Shown here: in pieces, positions 8,981-19,230 of the stretch | How the letters are laid out: every line of letters starts with the position of its first letter | Position numbering within the stretch: position 1 is the stretch's first letter | NCBI GenBank assembly: GCA_963790255.1 | Contig: CAWBOA010000004.1 | Span: 197,339-261,338, forward strand | Source: an uncultured Chloroflexia bacterium | GTDB taxonomy: Bacteria > Chloroflexota > Limnocylindria > QHBO01 | Direction: 5' to 3' | Length of the DNA: 64,000 nucleotides | Notes under the pieces: generated by a model | Database searches by the model: none | What the model was told of the DNA's origin: nothing | Seen by the model: only the letters and a program-made list of their open reading frames with translations | Translations under genes and position numbers: made by a program

Positions 8981-9789
8981 CGCTGACGCTGACCGGCGTC
9001 GGCTATCGGTATGCCGGCGCGACGCACCCGTCGCTCCTCGACATCGACCTCGAGCTGCACGACGGCGCCGTCGTCGGCGTGGCGGGGGCTTCGGAGGCCG
9101 GAAAGACGACCCTGTGCCTGGTGGCCAGTGGCCTCGCCCCCCGCACCGTCGGCGGTCAGATCCGGGGCCGGATCGCGCTGGACGACGAGGACGTGGACGC
9201 ATGGCCGATGCATCGGCTCAGCGCGCGGATCGGGATCGGCTTCCAGAACCCGGCGACCCAGCTCTCCCAGGTGAGCGGCACGGTCTTCGAGGAGGTCGCC
9301 TTCGGGCCGATGAATCTCGGGATCGGGCGCGACGAGGTCATCGAGCGTGCCTGGACGTCCATCGACCTGCTCGGGATCGCGGATCTGGCCGAGCGTGACC
9401 CGCAGCTGTTGTCCGGCGGCCAGCAGCAGCTCGTCGCCATCGCCGGGCTCCTGGCGATGCGACCGGAGCACCTGGTGCTCGACGAGCCGACGGCTCAGCT
9501 CGACCCGGCCGGAACGCGGCTCGTCGGCGACGCGATCGAGCGGCTGGCGAATGACGGCGCGAGCATCCTGGTCGTCGAGCAGAAGACCGACCTGCTGGCG
9601 GCCGTCGCCGGTGAGGTCATCGTCCTCGACGCCGGGCGAATCGTGCTGCGGGGGAAGACGAGCGAGGTCCTTACTGACCTGAAACTGGATGCGCTCGGGG
9701 TGGCGGCGCCATCGGCGGTGAGGCTGCGCCGGGCCGCGAGCGGCGCGGGCATCGCCGCGGAGCGCCTGGCGGGGGTGCTCGATGGTTGA
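8977..9789 (+). CDS. ECF transporter ATPase component (EcfA-type ABC ATPase)
   Basis: GTG 8977 overlaps the EcfT stop (GTGA). Motifs: Walker A GASEAGKTT, Q-loop GFQNP, signature LSGGQQQ, Walker B LVLDEPTAQLD. The upstream 280 aa of ORF 8134..9789 is an Arg-rich out-of-frame overlap with ecfT. Confidence 0.8.
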   Translation: MTLTLTGVGYRYAGATHPSLLDIDLELHDGAVVGVAGASEAGKTTLCLVASGLAPRTVGGQIRGRIALDDEDVDAWPMHRLSARIGIGFQNPATQLSQVSGTVFEEVAFGPMNLGIGRDEVIERAWTSIDLLGIADLAERDPQLLSGGQQQLVAIAGLLAMRPEHLVLDEPTAQLDPAGTRLVGDAIERLANDGASILVVEQKTDLLAAVAGEVIVLDAGRIVLRGKTSEVLTDLKLDALGVAAPSAVRLRRAASGAGIAAERLAGVLDG

Positions 9790-10588
9790 GCTGCGCGTCG
9801 AGGGCCTCGTCCACGTCTACCGCGACGGCGGCGTGCGGGCGGTCGACGGGATCGACCTGGCCGTCGGCGCCGGGGAGCGGGTCGCGCTCATCGGCCAGAA
9901 CGGCAGCGGCAAGACCACGCTCATTCGCCACCTCAATGGGATGCTGCGTCCGAGCGAGGGGCGGGTCCTCGTCGACGGTGAGGACGCCGCTCGCCTCACC
10001 GTTGCAAAGCTTGCCAGCCGCGTCGGGCTCGTCTTCCAGGACCCCGATCGGCAGCTCTTCGCGGGCACGGTGCGAGCCGAGGTCGAGTTCGGGCCACGGA
10101 ACCTCGGCCGGTCACGCGACGCGTTGACCGCCGCGGTGGCGGAAGCGCTCGCGGCGGCAGGGCTCACGGGGGAGGAGCGCACGAACCCCTACGACCTCGG
10201 CGGCTCGCGTCGCAAGCTGCTGACGCTCGCGTCGGTGCTCGCCATGGAGACCCCGGTCCTCGTCCTCGACGAGCCAACCACCGGACAGGACGCCCGCGGC
10301 ATCGAGCGCGTGCGGGCGGTGATCGACGCTGTCTCGGGCGCCGGGCGGACGGTGATCGCTGTCAGTCATGACATGCGGTTCGTGGCCGAGGCGTTCTCGC
10401 GCGTCGTCGTCCTGCGCGCCGGCCGGGTCATCCTGGACGGGCCGCCGTCCTCCGTCTTCGGGGCCTCTGCTTGGAATGCGCTGCGCTCGACGTACCTCGA
10501 GCCGCCGCTCGCGGCGCGCGCCGGCGACCGATTGGGGCTCGGATCGACCCCGACCGACGAGAGCCTGGTCCGGGCCCTGGCGGGCTAG
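9782..10588 (+). CDS. ECF transporter ATPase component (second EcfA-type ABC ATPase)
   Basis: Motifs: Walker A GQNGSGKTT, VFQDPDRQLF, and Walker B VLVLDEPTTGQD. The signature is a degenerate LGGSRRK. 8-nt overlap with the preceding ATPase. Confidence 0.85.
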   Translation: MVELRVEGLVHVYRDGGVRAVDGIDLAVGAGERVALIGQNGSGKTTLIRHLNGMLRPSEGRVLVDGEDAARLTVAKLASRVGLVFQDPDRQLFAGTVRAEVEFGPRNLGRSRDALTAAVAEALAAAGLTGEERTNPYDLGGSRRKLLTLASVLAMETPVLVLDEPTTGQDARGIERVRAVIDAVSGAGRTVIAVSHDMRFVAEAFSRVVVLRAGRVILDGPPSSVFGASAWNALRSTYLEPPLAARAGDRLGLGSTPTDESLVRALAG

Positions 10589-11025
10589 AACCCGGGCGGT
10601 GGTGGGAGGGGGTTGCCCTCGGCGTCGACGCGCTCCTCGGTGGGGAGATCATCGCGGTGCCTGCGACCGCCGATCGGCCCCGTGATGGCCAGCGCCATCA
10701 CCGATGACGGCACCTCGTCGAGTCGATCACCGATGCTGCGGAGCCCGAGCCGACGCAGGGCGGGGGCGTAGCGATCGGCGAAGTCACCGCTTCGCAGGAG
10801 GCCGAAGGTCAGCGACGAGTGCGCCCGATTGAGCAGCTCGATCGCCCGCGCGGACTGGATCGCGTTCACCTGGTTGAGGGCAAGCTGCTTCTCGAGGGCG
10901 TCGAGCGCCCGGTTCGCCTCCTTGCGCGTCGCCTTGCTGAAATGCGGCGTACGGTTGACGAGGAGGCGCGTCCGATACAGGACGTCACGGACGCGGCCGT
11001 CACGATCGAGGTTGGCCTGGGTCAT
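10585..11025 (-). CDS. hypothetical protein
   Basis: 146-aa ORF with natural composition. A TACTAT -10 box (plus coordinates 11035-11040) lies 9 nt upstream of its ATG. Its stop overlaps the ecfA' stop in a CTAG palindrome (10585-10588). Confidence 0.5.
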   Translation of the reverse strand: MTQANLDRDGRVRDVLYRTRLLVNRTPHFSKATRKEANRALDALEKQLALNQVNAIQSARAIELLNRAHSSLTFGLLRSGDFADRYAPALRRLGLRSIGDRLDEVPSSVMALAITGPIGGRRHRDDLPTEERVDAEGNPLPPPPGF

Positions 11026-11691
11026 ATGGAACGCATAGTAGCCGCCGTCGACGGATGGGAGGAGGGCATCGCCGAGGCGCTGGCGCGCGCGCCACGCCCC
11101 ATCCCGCGCGACGTCCGGCTGCTCTCACGGACCCTCGACGGCGAGATCAACCGCGCCCGGTTCGACCGCGCCGACTTTCCGCCGGCCCGACCGGCGTCCA
11201 CGCTGGTCGCCATCTACCCCGACGACGCCGGCGCCCTCGTCGTCCCGCTCACCGTCCGGCATGGCGACCTCCGCGCCCACGCCGGTGAGGTCTCGCTCCC
11301 CGGCGGAGCGGTGGACGCGGCCGACGCCTCAGCGGAGGCCGCTGCCCTGCGCGAGGCCTGGGAGGAGGTCGGTCTCCCGCCCTCGAGCGTGCGCATCGCC
11401 GGCGTCCTCGACGACGTCTGGATCCCGGTCAGCAACTTCGAGCTGCGACCGTTCGTCGGCACGGTCGCGCGGCGGCCGACGCTGGTGCCGCACGATGCCG
11501 AGGTCACCGCGATCGTGGAGCTGCCGCTCGCGGCGCTATGGGATCCCGACGTCCTGACGACGGAGGATCTGACCGTGCGCGGGGTGCGGCTGCGGGCCGG
11601 GGCATATCGGTTCGGCGGGGTGGTGGTCTGGGGCGCGACCGCGATGACCCTCGGGATGCTCGCCACGGTCCTCGACGGAGCGGCGGGCTAG
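11026..11691 (+). CDS. NUDIX hydrolase, CoA pyrophosphatase-like
   Basis: Nudix box GGAVDAADASAEAAALREAWEEVGL, preceded by the LPGG-type motif EVSLPGG seen in CoA pyrophosphatases. The start is uncertain: ATG 11026 abuts the divergent gene's ATG (CATATG) and its first codons are A/T-ending. Confidence 0.65.
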   Translation: MERIVAAVDGWEEGIAEALARAPRPIPRDVRLLSRTLDGEINRARFDRADFPPARPASTLVAIYPDDAGALVVPLTVRHGDLRAHAGEVSLPGGAVDAADASAEAAALREAWEEVGLPPSSVRIAGVLDDVWIPVSNFELRPFVGTVARRPTLVPHDAEVTAIVELPLAALWDPDVLTTEDLTVRGVRLRAGAYRFGGVVVWGATAMTLGMLATVLDGAAG

Positions 11692-12518
11692 CGCCGCGTC
11701 TGGACGGATGTCTTCAGCGAGGTCAGGGCCTCCAGGAGCGACTGATGCTGGGCCGCCGGGCCAGCCACGATGCTGATCCGCGGGCCTCGCGGTCGCGCGT
11801 TCCACCACGGCCCGCCGGCGAGGTCGGTCACGACGGCGCCGGCGCGCTCGGCGATGAGCCCGGCCGCCGCGACGTCCCATGGCGAGAGGCCGCCATTCTG
11901 GATGAAGGCGTCGAACCGGCCGTTGGCGACGTATGCCAGCGCCAGCGCCGCGCTGCCCATGCGCCGATGGATCCGGATCTGCGGGGCGATCCGGCGCTCG
12001 CGCGCGAGCCCGCCGCGCCCGATGACCGCCAGGCTGACGACGTAGTCGGAGAGCGTCTCCTTCGAGGATGCGGACACCGGAACATCGTTCAGGCTGGCCG
12101 GTCCGTCCTCGGTGGCGGCGTACAGGTCGTCGCGGGCCGGGTCGAAGACGACGCCGACCGACGGACGGTCGTCCACGACGAGGCCGATGCTCACGCAGTA
12201 GAACGGCAGGCCGTTGGCGTAGTTCACGGTGCCGTCGAGCGGGTCGATCACCCAGGTCCGGCCGTTGTTCGAGCCGTCGTCGCGCAGGACGCCCGCGTGG
12301 TCGCCGGACTCTTCGGCGATGATCGCGTCACCGGGGAAGCGCGCTCGGATCGCATCGATCACGAGGCGCTCCGACGCGTAGTCCGCGTTCGTGACGACGT
12401 CGCGCTTGCTCTTGTAGTCGATCCGCTCGAGGCGCTCGTAGCTGTCGGTCAGCAACGCGCCCGCCTGCCGGGCGAGGTCCGTGGCGAAGGCGAGCTCATC
12501 GGCCCATCGGCTGCTCAT
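11688..12518 (-). CDS. inositol monophosphatase family protein (SuhB/HisN-like)
   Basis: IMPase motifs AEESG, WVIDPLDGTVNY, SPWDVAAAGLI. A TAGGAT -10 box (plus coordinates 12528-12533) lies 9 nt upstream of the ATG. Confidence 0.85.
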   Translation of the reverse strand: MSSRWADELAFATDLARQAGALLTDSYERLERIDYKSKRDVVTNADYASERLVIDAIRARFPGDAIIAEESGDHAGVLRDDGSNNGRTWVIDPLDGTVNYANGLPFYCVSIGLVVDDRPSVGVVFDPARDDLYAATEDGPASLNDVPVSASSKETLSDYVVSLAVIGRGGLARERRIAPQIRIHRRMGSAALALAYVANGRFDAFIQNGGLSPWDVAAAGLIAERAGAVVTDLAGGPWWNARPRGPRISIVAGPAAQHQSLLEALTSLKTSVQTRR

Positions 12519-12551
12519 GGAGCACCGATCCTAGCGTCTGGCGCCGGCGCT

Positions 12552-13058
12552 TCAGGCGGCGCTGTCGTCCTCCTGCCCCTTCGGCTGGGGCGGAGGCTCG
12601 CCGTCCGTCGCCGGATCCGCGGAGGCCTGGATGAAGCTGATCTTCCCGCGCGGCTCGAGGATCGCCCAGGCCACGTCTCGCAGGTGGGCGATGCCCGCCA
12701 GTCGCATCTCCGACTCGATCTCGCTCACCGTGAGCCGGTTCCGTCGCAGGTTGTCCCGCAGCAGCACGCCGTCCTGGACGATGACCCGCGGCTCCCCCTC
12801 GAGCAGCCGCTCGGCGCTCGGCCACAGGTAGCTGGCCCAGCTCATGACGAGGGCAAGGAACGCGATGGTCGACACGGCGATGATCGCGCCGGTGAGGCTG
12901 AAGTCGTTCTGCGTGACCCCCTGCTGGATGAGGTCGCCGATGACGACCAGCACGATGAGCTCGAACGGCGTCATCTGGCCGAGCTCCCGCTTGCCCATGA
13001 GGCGCACGAGCAGGTAGAGAGCGACGAAGATGACGGTCGCGCGCAGGACGATGTCCAT
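12552..13058 (-). CDS. DUF421 (YetF-like) membrane protein
   Basis: The N-terminus RATVIFVALYLLVRLMGKRELGQMTPFELIVLVVIGDL, followed by a C-terminal soluble domain, is characteristic of DUF421/YetF proteins. Confidence 0.7.
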   Translation of the reverse strand: MDIVLRATVIFVALYLLVRLMGKRELGQMTPFELIVLVVIGDLIQQGVTQNDFSLTGAIIAVSTIAFLALVMSWASYLWPSAERLLEGEPRVIVQDGVLLRDNLRRNRLTVSEIESEMRLAGIAHLRDVAWAILEPRGKISFIQASADPATDGEPPPQPKGQEDDSAA

Positions 13059-13591
13059 CAGGGCAGCACCGTGATGTCGAGATCGACGGCGGTGATCGGC
13101 TCATCGCCGTCATAGACGGTGACCGTGCCCTCGTTGCCGCCCAGGATGTCAGGATTGACCTGGAGGTCGACCTTCAGCTCGAAGGTCTGGCCGGGTTCGA
13201 GCGGCCCGAAGGTGAACCGCAGCTCACCCGCCGAGCTGGTCTCCTCCGTGGCGGATGGGATCATCGTGTTGACGGTCATGTCCTCCCACAGCAGCTGGTC
13301 GACCCCGATGCCCAGGTCCGCGAGCCCGGCAGGCGCGTCGACGCGGATTCGCATCTCGAAGAACTCGCCGTTGCGGATGATCTCCGGAGCATGGACCGAT
13401 AGGCCGATGCCGTCCGCCTCGGCACCCCAGTCGCGCTCGTGCCCGAGCAGGCCGGTCAGCCCGAGGACGATCACGAGCCCGAATACGCCCAGAGAGACCG
13501 GGCTCGCATGGCGACGCAGGCCGGCCGAGGGACGGAGGTGATCGTCACCGATGCCGTCAGGGAAGGAGGATGGCGGTTCGTTGGTGGTCAC
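13058..13591 (-). CDS. hypothetical membrane-anchored protein (single N-terminal TM, beta-rich ectodomain)
   Basis: 177-aa ORF with a TM segment VSLGVFGLVIVLGLTGLLG. Its stop overlaps the DUF421 start by 1 nt (TGATG on the minus strand). Confidence 0.55.
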   Translation of the reverse strand: MTTNEPPSSFPDGIGDDHLRPSAGLRRHASPVSLGVFGLVIVLGLTGLLGHERDWGAEADGIGLSVHAPEIIRNGEFFEMRIRVDAPAGLADLGIGVDQLLWEDMTVNTMIPSATEETSSAGELRFTFGPLEPGQTFELKVDLQVNPDILGGNEGTVTVYDGDEPITAVDLDITVLP

Positions 13592-13644
13592 GGCTCGGCG
13601 GAGTGGTGAGCAAGCGCCCTGCCACGTTCGCCGGGCGGCGGCGC

Positions 13645-13650
13645 TAGGCT
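13645..13650 (+). promoter_or_regulatory. -10 box TAGGCT, 6 nt upstream of the deoD ATG (leaderless transcript predicted)
   Basis: The sequence reads gcgcTAGGCTaccggcATG with no SD. The same arrangement recurs at many genes in the window. Confidence 0.4.
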
Positions 13651-13656
13651 ACCGGC

Positions 13657-14418
13657 ATGCCACAGATCCACCTGCGCGCCGATGAGGGCGACTACGCGCC
13701 GCTCGTCCTCGTCCCCGGCGACCCGAGCCGATCCCGCCGCATCAGCGAGCGCTTTGACTCCGGCTCCGTCCGGCAGGTCAACGACCACCGCGGCATGCTC
13801 GGGTTCACCGGCACCTATGACGGCGTGCCGGTGAGCGTGCAGACGAGCGGCATGGGGACGCCCAGCCTCAGCATCGTCGTCGAGGAGCTCCTCAACCTCG
13901 GAGCGAAGCGCCTCATTCGCGTCGGCACCTGCGGCGGGATCGCGAAGGGCATGAAGACCGGCGACCTCGTAATCGCGACCGCGGCCTGCCCCACGGATGG
14001 GGCGACGCGCACGTACCTCCACGGCGAGGCGTACGCGCCCGCCGCCGACTTCGCCCTGACGCGCGCCCTGGTCGATGCCGCGGACGCCGCCGGGATCGCG
14101 ACGCGAACGGGCCTGGTCGCATCGGTCGACGTCTTCTACAACACCGATGCCGACTACGCCCAGCGCTGGCGCGACCGCGGCGTGCTCGCGTTCGAGATGG
14201 AGGCGTCGGCGCTCTTCTTCCTCGCCGCGCGCGCCGGCGTCCAGGCCGCGTGCGCCCTGACGGTGAGCGACATGGTCGGCGACCAGGTCACGAGCGAGGA
14301 GGACCGCATGCCCCTCGACGAGATGGATCGCGCGATCGACCGCATGATCGGCCTGGCGTTGACGGCGGGCACCGCCTCTCAGGCCGGCATCGGGGCTGCA
14401 GTAGACTCGCCCTCATGA
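13657..14418 (+). CDS. deoD: purine nucleoside phosphorylase, DeoD-type (PNP/UDP family)
   Basis: The pattern ...VLVPGDPSRSRRISE...GFTGTYDGVPVSVQTSGMGTPSLSIVVEEL...RVGTCGG...FEMEASALF is typical of hexameric PNP. Confidence 0.85.
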   Translation: MPQIHLRADEGDYAPLVLVPGDPSRSRRISERFDSGSVRQVNDHRGMLGFTGTYDGVPVSVQTSGMGTPSLSIVVEELLNLGAKRLIRVGTCGGIAKGMKTGDLVIATAACPTDGATRTYLHGEAYAPAADFALTRALVDAADAAGIATRTGLVASVDVFYNTDADYAQRWRDRGVLAFEMEASALFFLAARAGVQAACALTVSDMVGDQVTSEEDRMPLDEMDRAIDRMIGLALTAGTASQAGIGAAVDSPS

Positions 14419-15581
14419 CCGATACGCTGGCGCGCGGGGCCGCCAACCAGGCCGGCGCGATCGTCAACCCGAACGCCGCCGCCGAGGCGCAGGACTTCCT
14501 CCCGCTGAACGGCATCGACCACGTCGAGTTCTGGGTCGGCAACGCCAAGCAGGCGGCGCACTACTACCGTGCGCTGTGGGGCTTCACCCCGGTCGCCTAC
14601 GCGGGCCTCGAGACGGGCATCCGCGATCGGTCCAGCTTCGTCATGGCCCAGAACGACATCCGATTCGTGTTCACCGCACCTATCGGTCCCCAGGGCGAGA
14701 TCGCCGAGCACGTGGCCCGCCACGGTGACGGCGTCCATGACATCGCCTTCGCGGTGGATGACGCAACCTCGGCCTGGGAGGAGACGACGAAGCGCGGCGC
14801 CCGAAGCGCGCTCGAGCCGACCGAGCTGGAGGGCAAGAAGGGGACGCTGCGCCGGAGCGCGATCCATACCTACGGCGAGGTGATCCACTCGTTTGTCGAC
14901 CGATCCGACTACCACGGCACCTTCGCGCCGGGCTACCACCGGGTCATGGCGCCCGCCATCGCCGCGACCGGCCAGAGCCTGCTGGAGGTCGACCATTGCG
15001 TCGGGAACGTCGCCCTCGGCGACATGAACCGCTTCGTCGACTTCTACAGGGACATCCTCGGCTTCGCGCAGCTCATCCACTACGACGACAAGGTCATCCA
15101 CACCGACTACTCGGCATTGATGAGCAAGGTGATGACGAACGGGAACGGGCGGATCAAGTTCCCGATCAATGAGCCGGCAGCGGGCAAGAAGAAGAGCCAG
15201 ATCCAGGAGTTCCTCGATTACTACCTGGACGCCGGCACCCAGCACATCGCCCTGCGCACCGAGGACATCGTCGGCACCGTCCGCCTCCTCCGAGAGCGCG
15301 GCATCGAGTTCCTCGGCATGCCGCACGCCTATTACGAGTCGCTCCCTGATCGCGTCGGGGACGTCGGCGTACCCATGGAGACCCTCGAGGAGCTCGGCAT
15401 CGAGGCCGACCGCGACGAGGAGGGCTACCTCCTCCAGATCTTCACCCGCCCGGTGCAGGACCGGCCGACGTTCTTCTTCGAGATCATCGAGCGCCACGGC
15501 AGCCGCGGCTTCGGCGTCGGCAACTTCAAGGCGCTCTTCGAGGCGATCGAGATCGAGCAGGCGCGCCGAGGCAACCTCTAG
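14415..15581 (+). CDS. hppD: 4-hydroxyphenylpyruvate dioxygenase
   Basis: ATG 14415 overlaps the deoD stop (ATGA). Motifs: IDHVEFWVGNAKQAAHYY, GDGVHDIAF, LLEVDHCVGNV, GTQHIAL, and the C-terminal FFFEIIERHGSRGFGVGNFKALFEAIEIEQARRGNL. Confidence 0.9.
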   Translation: MTDTLARGAANQAGAIVNPNAAAEAQDFLPLNGIDHVEFWVGNAKQAAHYYRALWGFTPVAYAGLETGIRDRSSFVMAQNDIRFVFTAPIGPQGEIAEHVARHGDGVHDIAFAVDDATSAWEETTKRGARSALEPTELEGKKGTLRRSAIHTYGEVIHSFVDRSDYHGTFAPGYHRVMAPAIAATGQSLLEVDHCVGNVALGDMNRFVDFYRDILGFAQLIHYDDKVIHTDYSALMSKVMTNGNGRIKFPINEPAAGKKKSQIQEFLDYYLDAGTQHIALRTEDIVGTVRLLRERGIEFLGMPHAYYESLPDRVGDVGVPMETLEELGIEADRDEEGYLLQIFTRPVQDRPTFFFEIIERHGSRGFGVGNFKALFEAIEIEQARRGNL

Positions 15582-15593
15582 GCGGTCGCCGAC

Positions 15594-16442
15594 CTAGGCC
15601 AGCGCGAAGACCTCTCGTTCTCCAGCGAGGCCCTTCAAGGTGTGCCGCCCGCGCGCCTCGAATGCGAGCGTCGAGCCAGCCACCAGCTCGTGGGTGGTCG
15701 CGGAGACGAAGACCTCGCCCGCGCCGGCCAGGCCCGCGATGCGGCTGGCGACGTGGACGGCCAGGCCGCGCACGCCACTGGGGATCAGCTCGACCTCGCC
15801 GGTGTGCAGTCCGGCCCGAACCTCCAGTCCGATGGCCCGCGCGCGGCGCGCGATGGCGGCAGCGCACTCGACGGCGCGAGCCGGGCCGTCGAAGAGGGCG
15901 AGGAGCCCGTCGCCGGCCCGGTCCACCTCGCGGCCACGGTGACGATCGAGCTCGAGCTGGATCGTCTCATGGTGCTGGGCCAGCAGGTCCCGCCAGGCCG
16001 CGTCCCCGAGGCGCTCGAGGGTGGCCGTCGAGTCCACGACGTCGACGAAGAGGACCGTGGCCAGGATCCGGTCGCCCGACGCCACCGACGGTCGCGCGTA
16101 TGACCGCGCCCCGCGAAAGTCGATCGCCACCCAGGGCTCGTCGCCGACGACCCAGGCATCGTGCCCGGGCGGGATCTCGAACATCTCCTGCGCGCCGATG
16201 TCGTCCTCCGTCCCTTCCGCGGTGACGACGTGGAGCGTCCCACTGATGACGAAGCCGAGGTGGTGGTACATGCAGGCATCGGTCTCGACGATCGGCTTGA
16301 CGTCCTTCTTCCAGCGCCAGCCGGCGTGCATCACCATCCGGCCGATGACGAAGTCGTCGAGCTCGAAGATCTCCGTCTGCCCGCCGGGATAGGCACGTAC
16401 CTCGTCGGGGTTGTCGAGACGCTTGTGCTGGAGCCGGGCCAC
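15594..16442 (-). CDS. cupin domain + class III adenylate/guanylate cyclase
   Basis: GTG start at 16442. The N-terminal cupin reads HHLGFVISGTLHV...IPPGHDAWV. The C-terminal cyclase reads ILATVLFVDVVDST...GREVDRAGDGLLALFDGPARAV...VRAGLHTGEVE...GLAVHVASRI. Confidence 0.8.
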   Translation of the reverse strand: MARLQHKRLDNPDEVRAYPGGQTEIFELDDFVIGRMVMHAGWRWKKDVKPIVETDACMYHHLGFVISGTLHVVTAEGTEDDIGAQEMFEIPPGHDAWVVGDEPWVAIDFRGARSYARPSVASGDRILATVLFVDVVDSTATLERLGDAAWRDLLAQHHETIQLELDRHRGREVDRAGDGLLALFDGPARAVECAAAIARRARAIGLEVRAGLHTGEVELIPSGVRGLAVHVASRIAGLAGAGEVFVSATTHELVAGSTLAFEARGRHTLKGLAGEREVFALA

Positions 16443-16448
16443 GATCGC

Positions 16449-16454
16449 ATTCTG
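16449..16454 (-). promoter_or_regulatory. -10 box CAGAAT (minus strand), 6 nt upstream of GTG 16442
   Basis: The minus strand reads ggCAGAATgcgatcGTG, with no SD. Confidence 0.35.
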
Positions 16455-16497
16455 CCAGCCGGCTTCAACTGACCGGGTCCGCTAGCATCGATCGCCC

Positions 16498-17625
16498 ATG
16501 CAGCGTGCCCGCAACCTCGCGATCTTCGGCATCGCCGCACTCGTTCTGCTGGGAGGGATCGGGCTCCTCTTCCGCGGCGCCATCCTCGGTCGGCTCTTCG
16601 GCGTGAGCTTCGACATCGGCCCCGGCGGCCGGGCCGAGCTGGTCGTGCCGGACGGTTACGTCGCAAGCGTGTTCGCGGAGGGTCTCGCCAACCCGCGATT
16701 CCTGGCTGTCTCTCCGGACGGGCACCTGCTCGTCGCCGAGCGTGGGGCGGATCGGGTCGTGGCGCTCCCCGACGCCGATGCGGACGGGCGCGCCGACGAG
16801 GTCGTCGTCGTGGGCGGCGACTTCGGCAGCGCCCATGACGTCAGCGTGGCCGCCGACGGCACGGTTCTCGTGGCGGGCGAGGACGCCGTCTACCGGGTCA
16901 GCCTGGATGGGCTCGCGGAGGCCGGGCGCGAGGTGCTCATCGGAGACCTTCCGACCGGGGGGCACAGCACGAAGACCGTGGTCGAGCTCCCGAACGGCGA
17001 CCTCCTCCTGTCGATCGGCTCGTCCTGTGACGTGTGCGATGAGGACGATCCACGGCGGGCATCGGTCCAGCTCCTCGCCGACGGAGAGCTGCGGCCGTAC
17101 ATGATCGGGCTGCGCAACGCCGTCGGGCTGTGGGTGGATCCCGCGACGGGCCGAGCCTGGGCGACCGTGATGGGCCGCGATCGGCTCGGCGACGACCGGC
17201 CACCGGAGACCGTGTTCGAGCTCGTCGACGGAGCCGATGCCGGCTGGCCGCGCTGCCACGCGGGCACGATCCGCGATCCCGAGTTCGGCACCGATGCCAA
17301 CGCCTGCGACGGCGTCGCGGTGCCCGCGGCGACCTTCCCGGCGCACACCGCCCCGCTCGCGCTTGTCGGCTGGGAGGACCACCTGGTGGTGGCGTTGCAC
17401 GGGTCGTGGAATTCCTCGACCAAGGTCGGCTATGCGGTGTGGTGGCTGCCGTGGGACGGTGGTCCCGCCGGGGCGCCGGAACCGTTCGCGACGGGCTTCC
17501 TGCCCGACGGCGCCAGCGATGCGCTGGGGCGGCCCGCGGGCCTGGCGGTCGGCGCCGACGGCGCCCTGTACGTCAGCGACGACAAGTCGGGCTTCATCTA
17601 CCGCATCGCGCGGACCGATCGCTGA
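16498..17625 (+). CDS. secreted/membrane-anchored beta-propeller, PQQ-dependent sugar (sorbosone/glucose) dehydrogenase-like
   Basis: N-terminal TM/signal IFGIAALVLLGGIGLLF. Repeated propeller-blade patterns: P..LAVSPDGHLLVAERG, GLRNAVGLWVDPATG, GLAVGADGALYVSDDKSGFIYRI. TAGCAT lies 9 nt upstream of the ATG. Confidence 0.65.
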   Translation: MQRARNLAIFGIAALVLLGGIGLLFRGAILGRLFGVSFDIGPGGRAELVVPDGYVASVFAEGLANPRFLAVSPDGHLLVAERGADRVVALPDADADGRADEVVVVGGDFGSAHDVSVAADGTVLVAGEDAVYRVSLDGLAEAGREVLIGDLPTGGHSTKTVVELPNGDLLLSIGSSCDVCDEDDPRRASVQLLADGELRPYMIGLRNAVGLWVDPATGRAWATVMGRDRLGDDRPPETVFELVDGADAGWPRCHAGTIRDPEFGTDANACDGVAVPAATFPAHTAPLALVGWEDHLVVALHGSWNSSTKVGYAVWWLPWDGGPAGAPEPFATGFLPDGASDALGRPAGLAVGADGALYVSDDKSGFIYRIARTDR

Positions 17626-17868
17626 CTGTCGAACGTCCCAATCGGACCCCACCATCCCACACCGATCCGGACCACCGGCCAGTACCGTGGTCCTGCCGGG
17701 TACTCGACCAGACCGCACTTCGACGAAATCGGCGCGTCGACCGCGCGAGCGTGTCGTGGAGCGGCCGTACCCCACATGACGATCACGCCCCTCGTCCCGT
17801 GATGGCATGCCACCGATCCTCTTGACACCGACGCGGAGCTGTTCCGCGGCAGCGAAGGAGAGTCATCG

Positions 17869-19226
<1,358 letters not shown>

Positions 19227-19230
<4 letters not shown>

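Noticed and set aside
14250-14414. 55-codon N-terminal extension of the HPPD ORF.
   Set aside because: It is Arg/Gly/His-rich and overlaps deoD out of frame. ATG 14415 gives an ATGA overlap with the deoD stop and a normal HPPD N-terminus.
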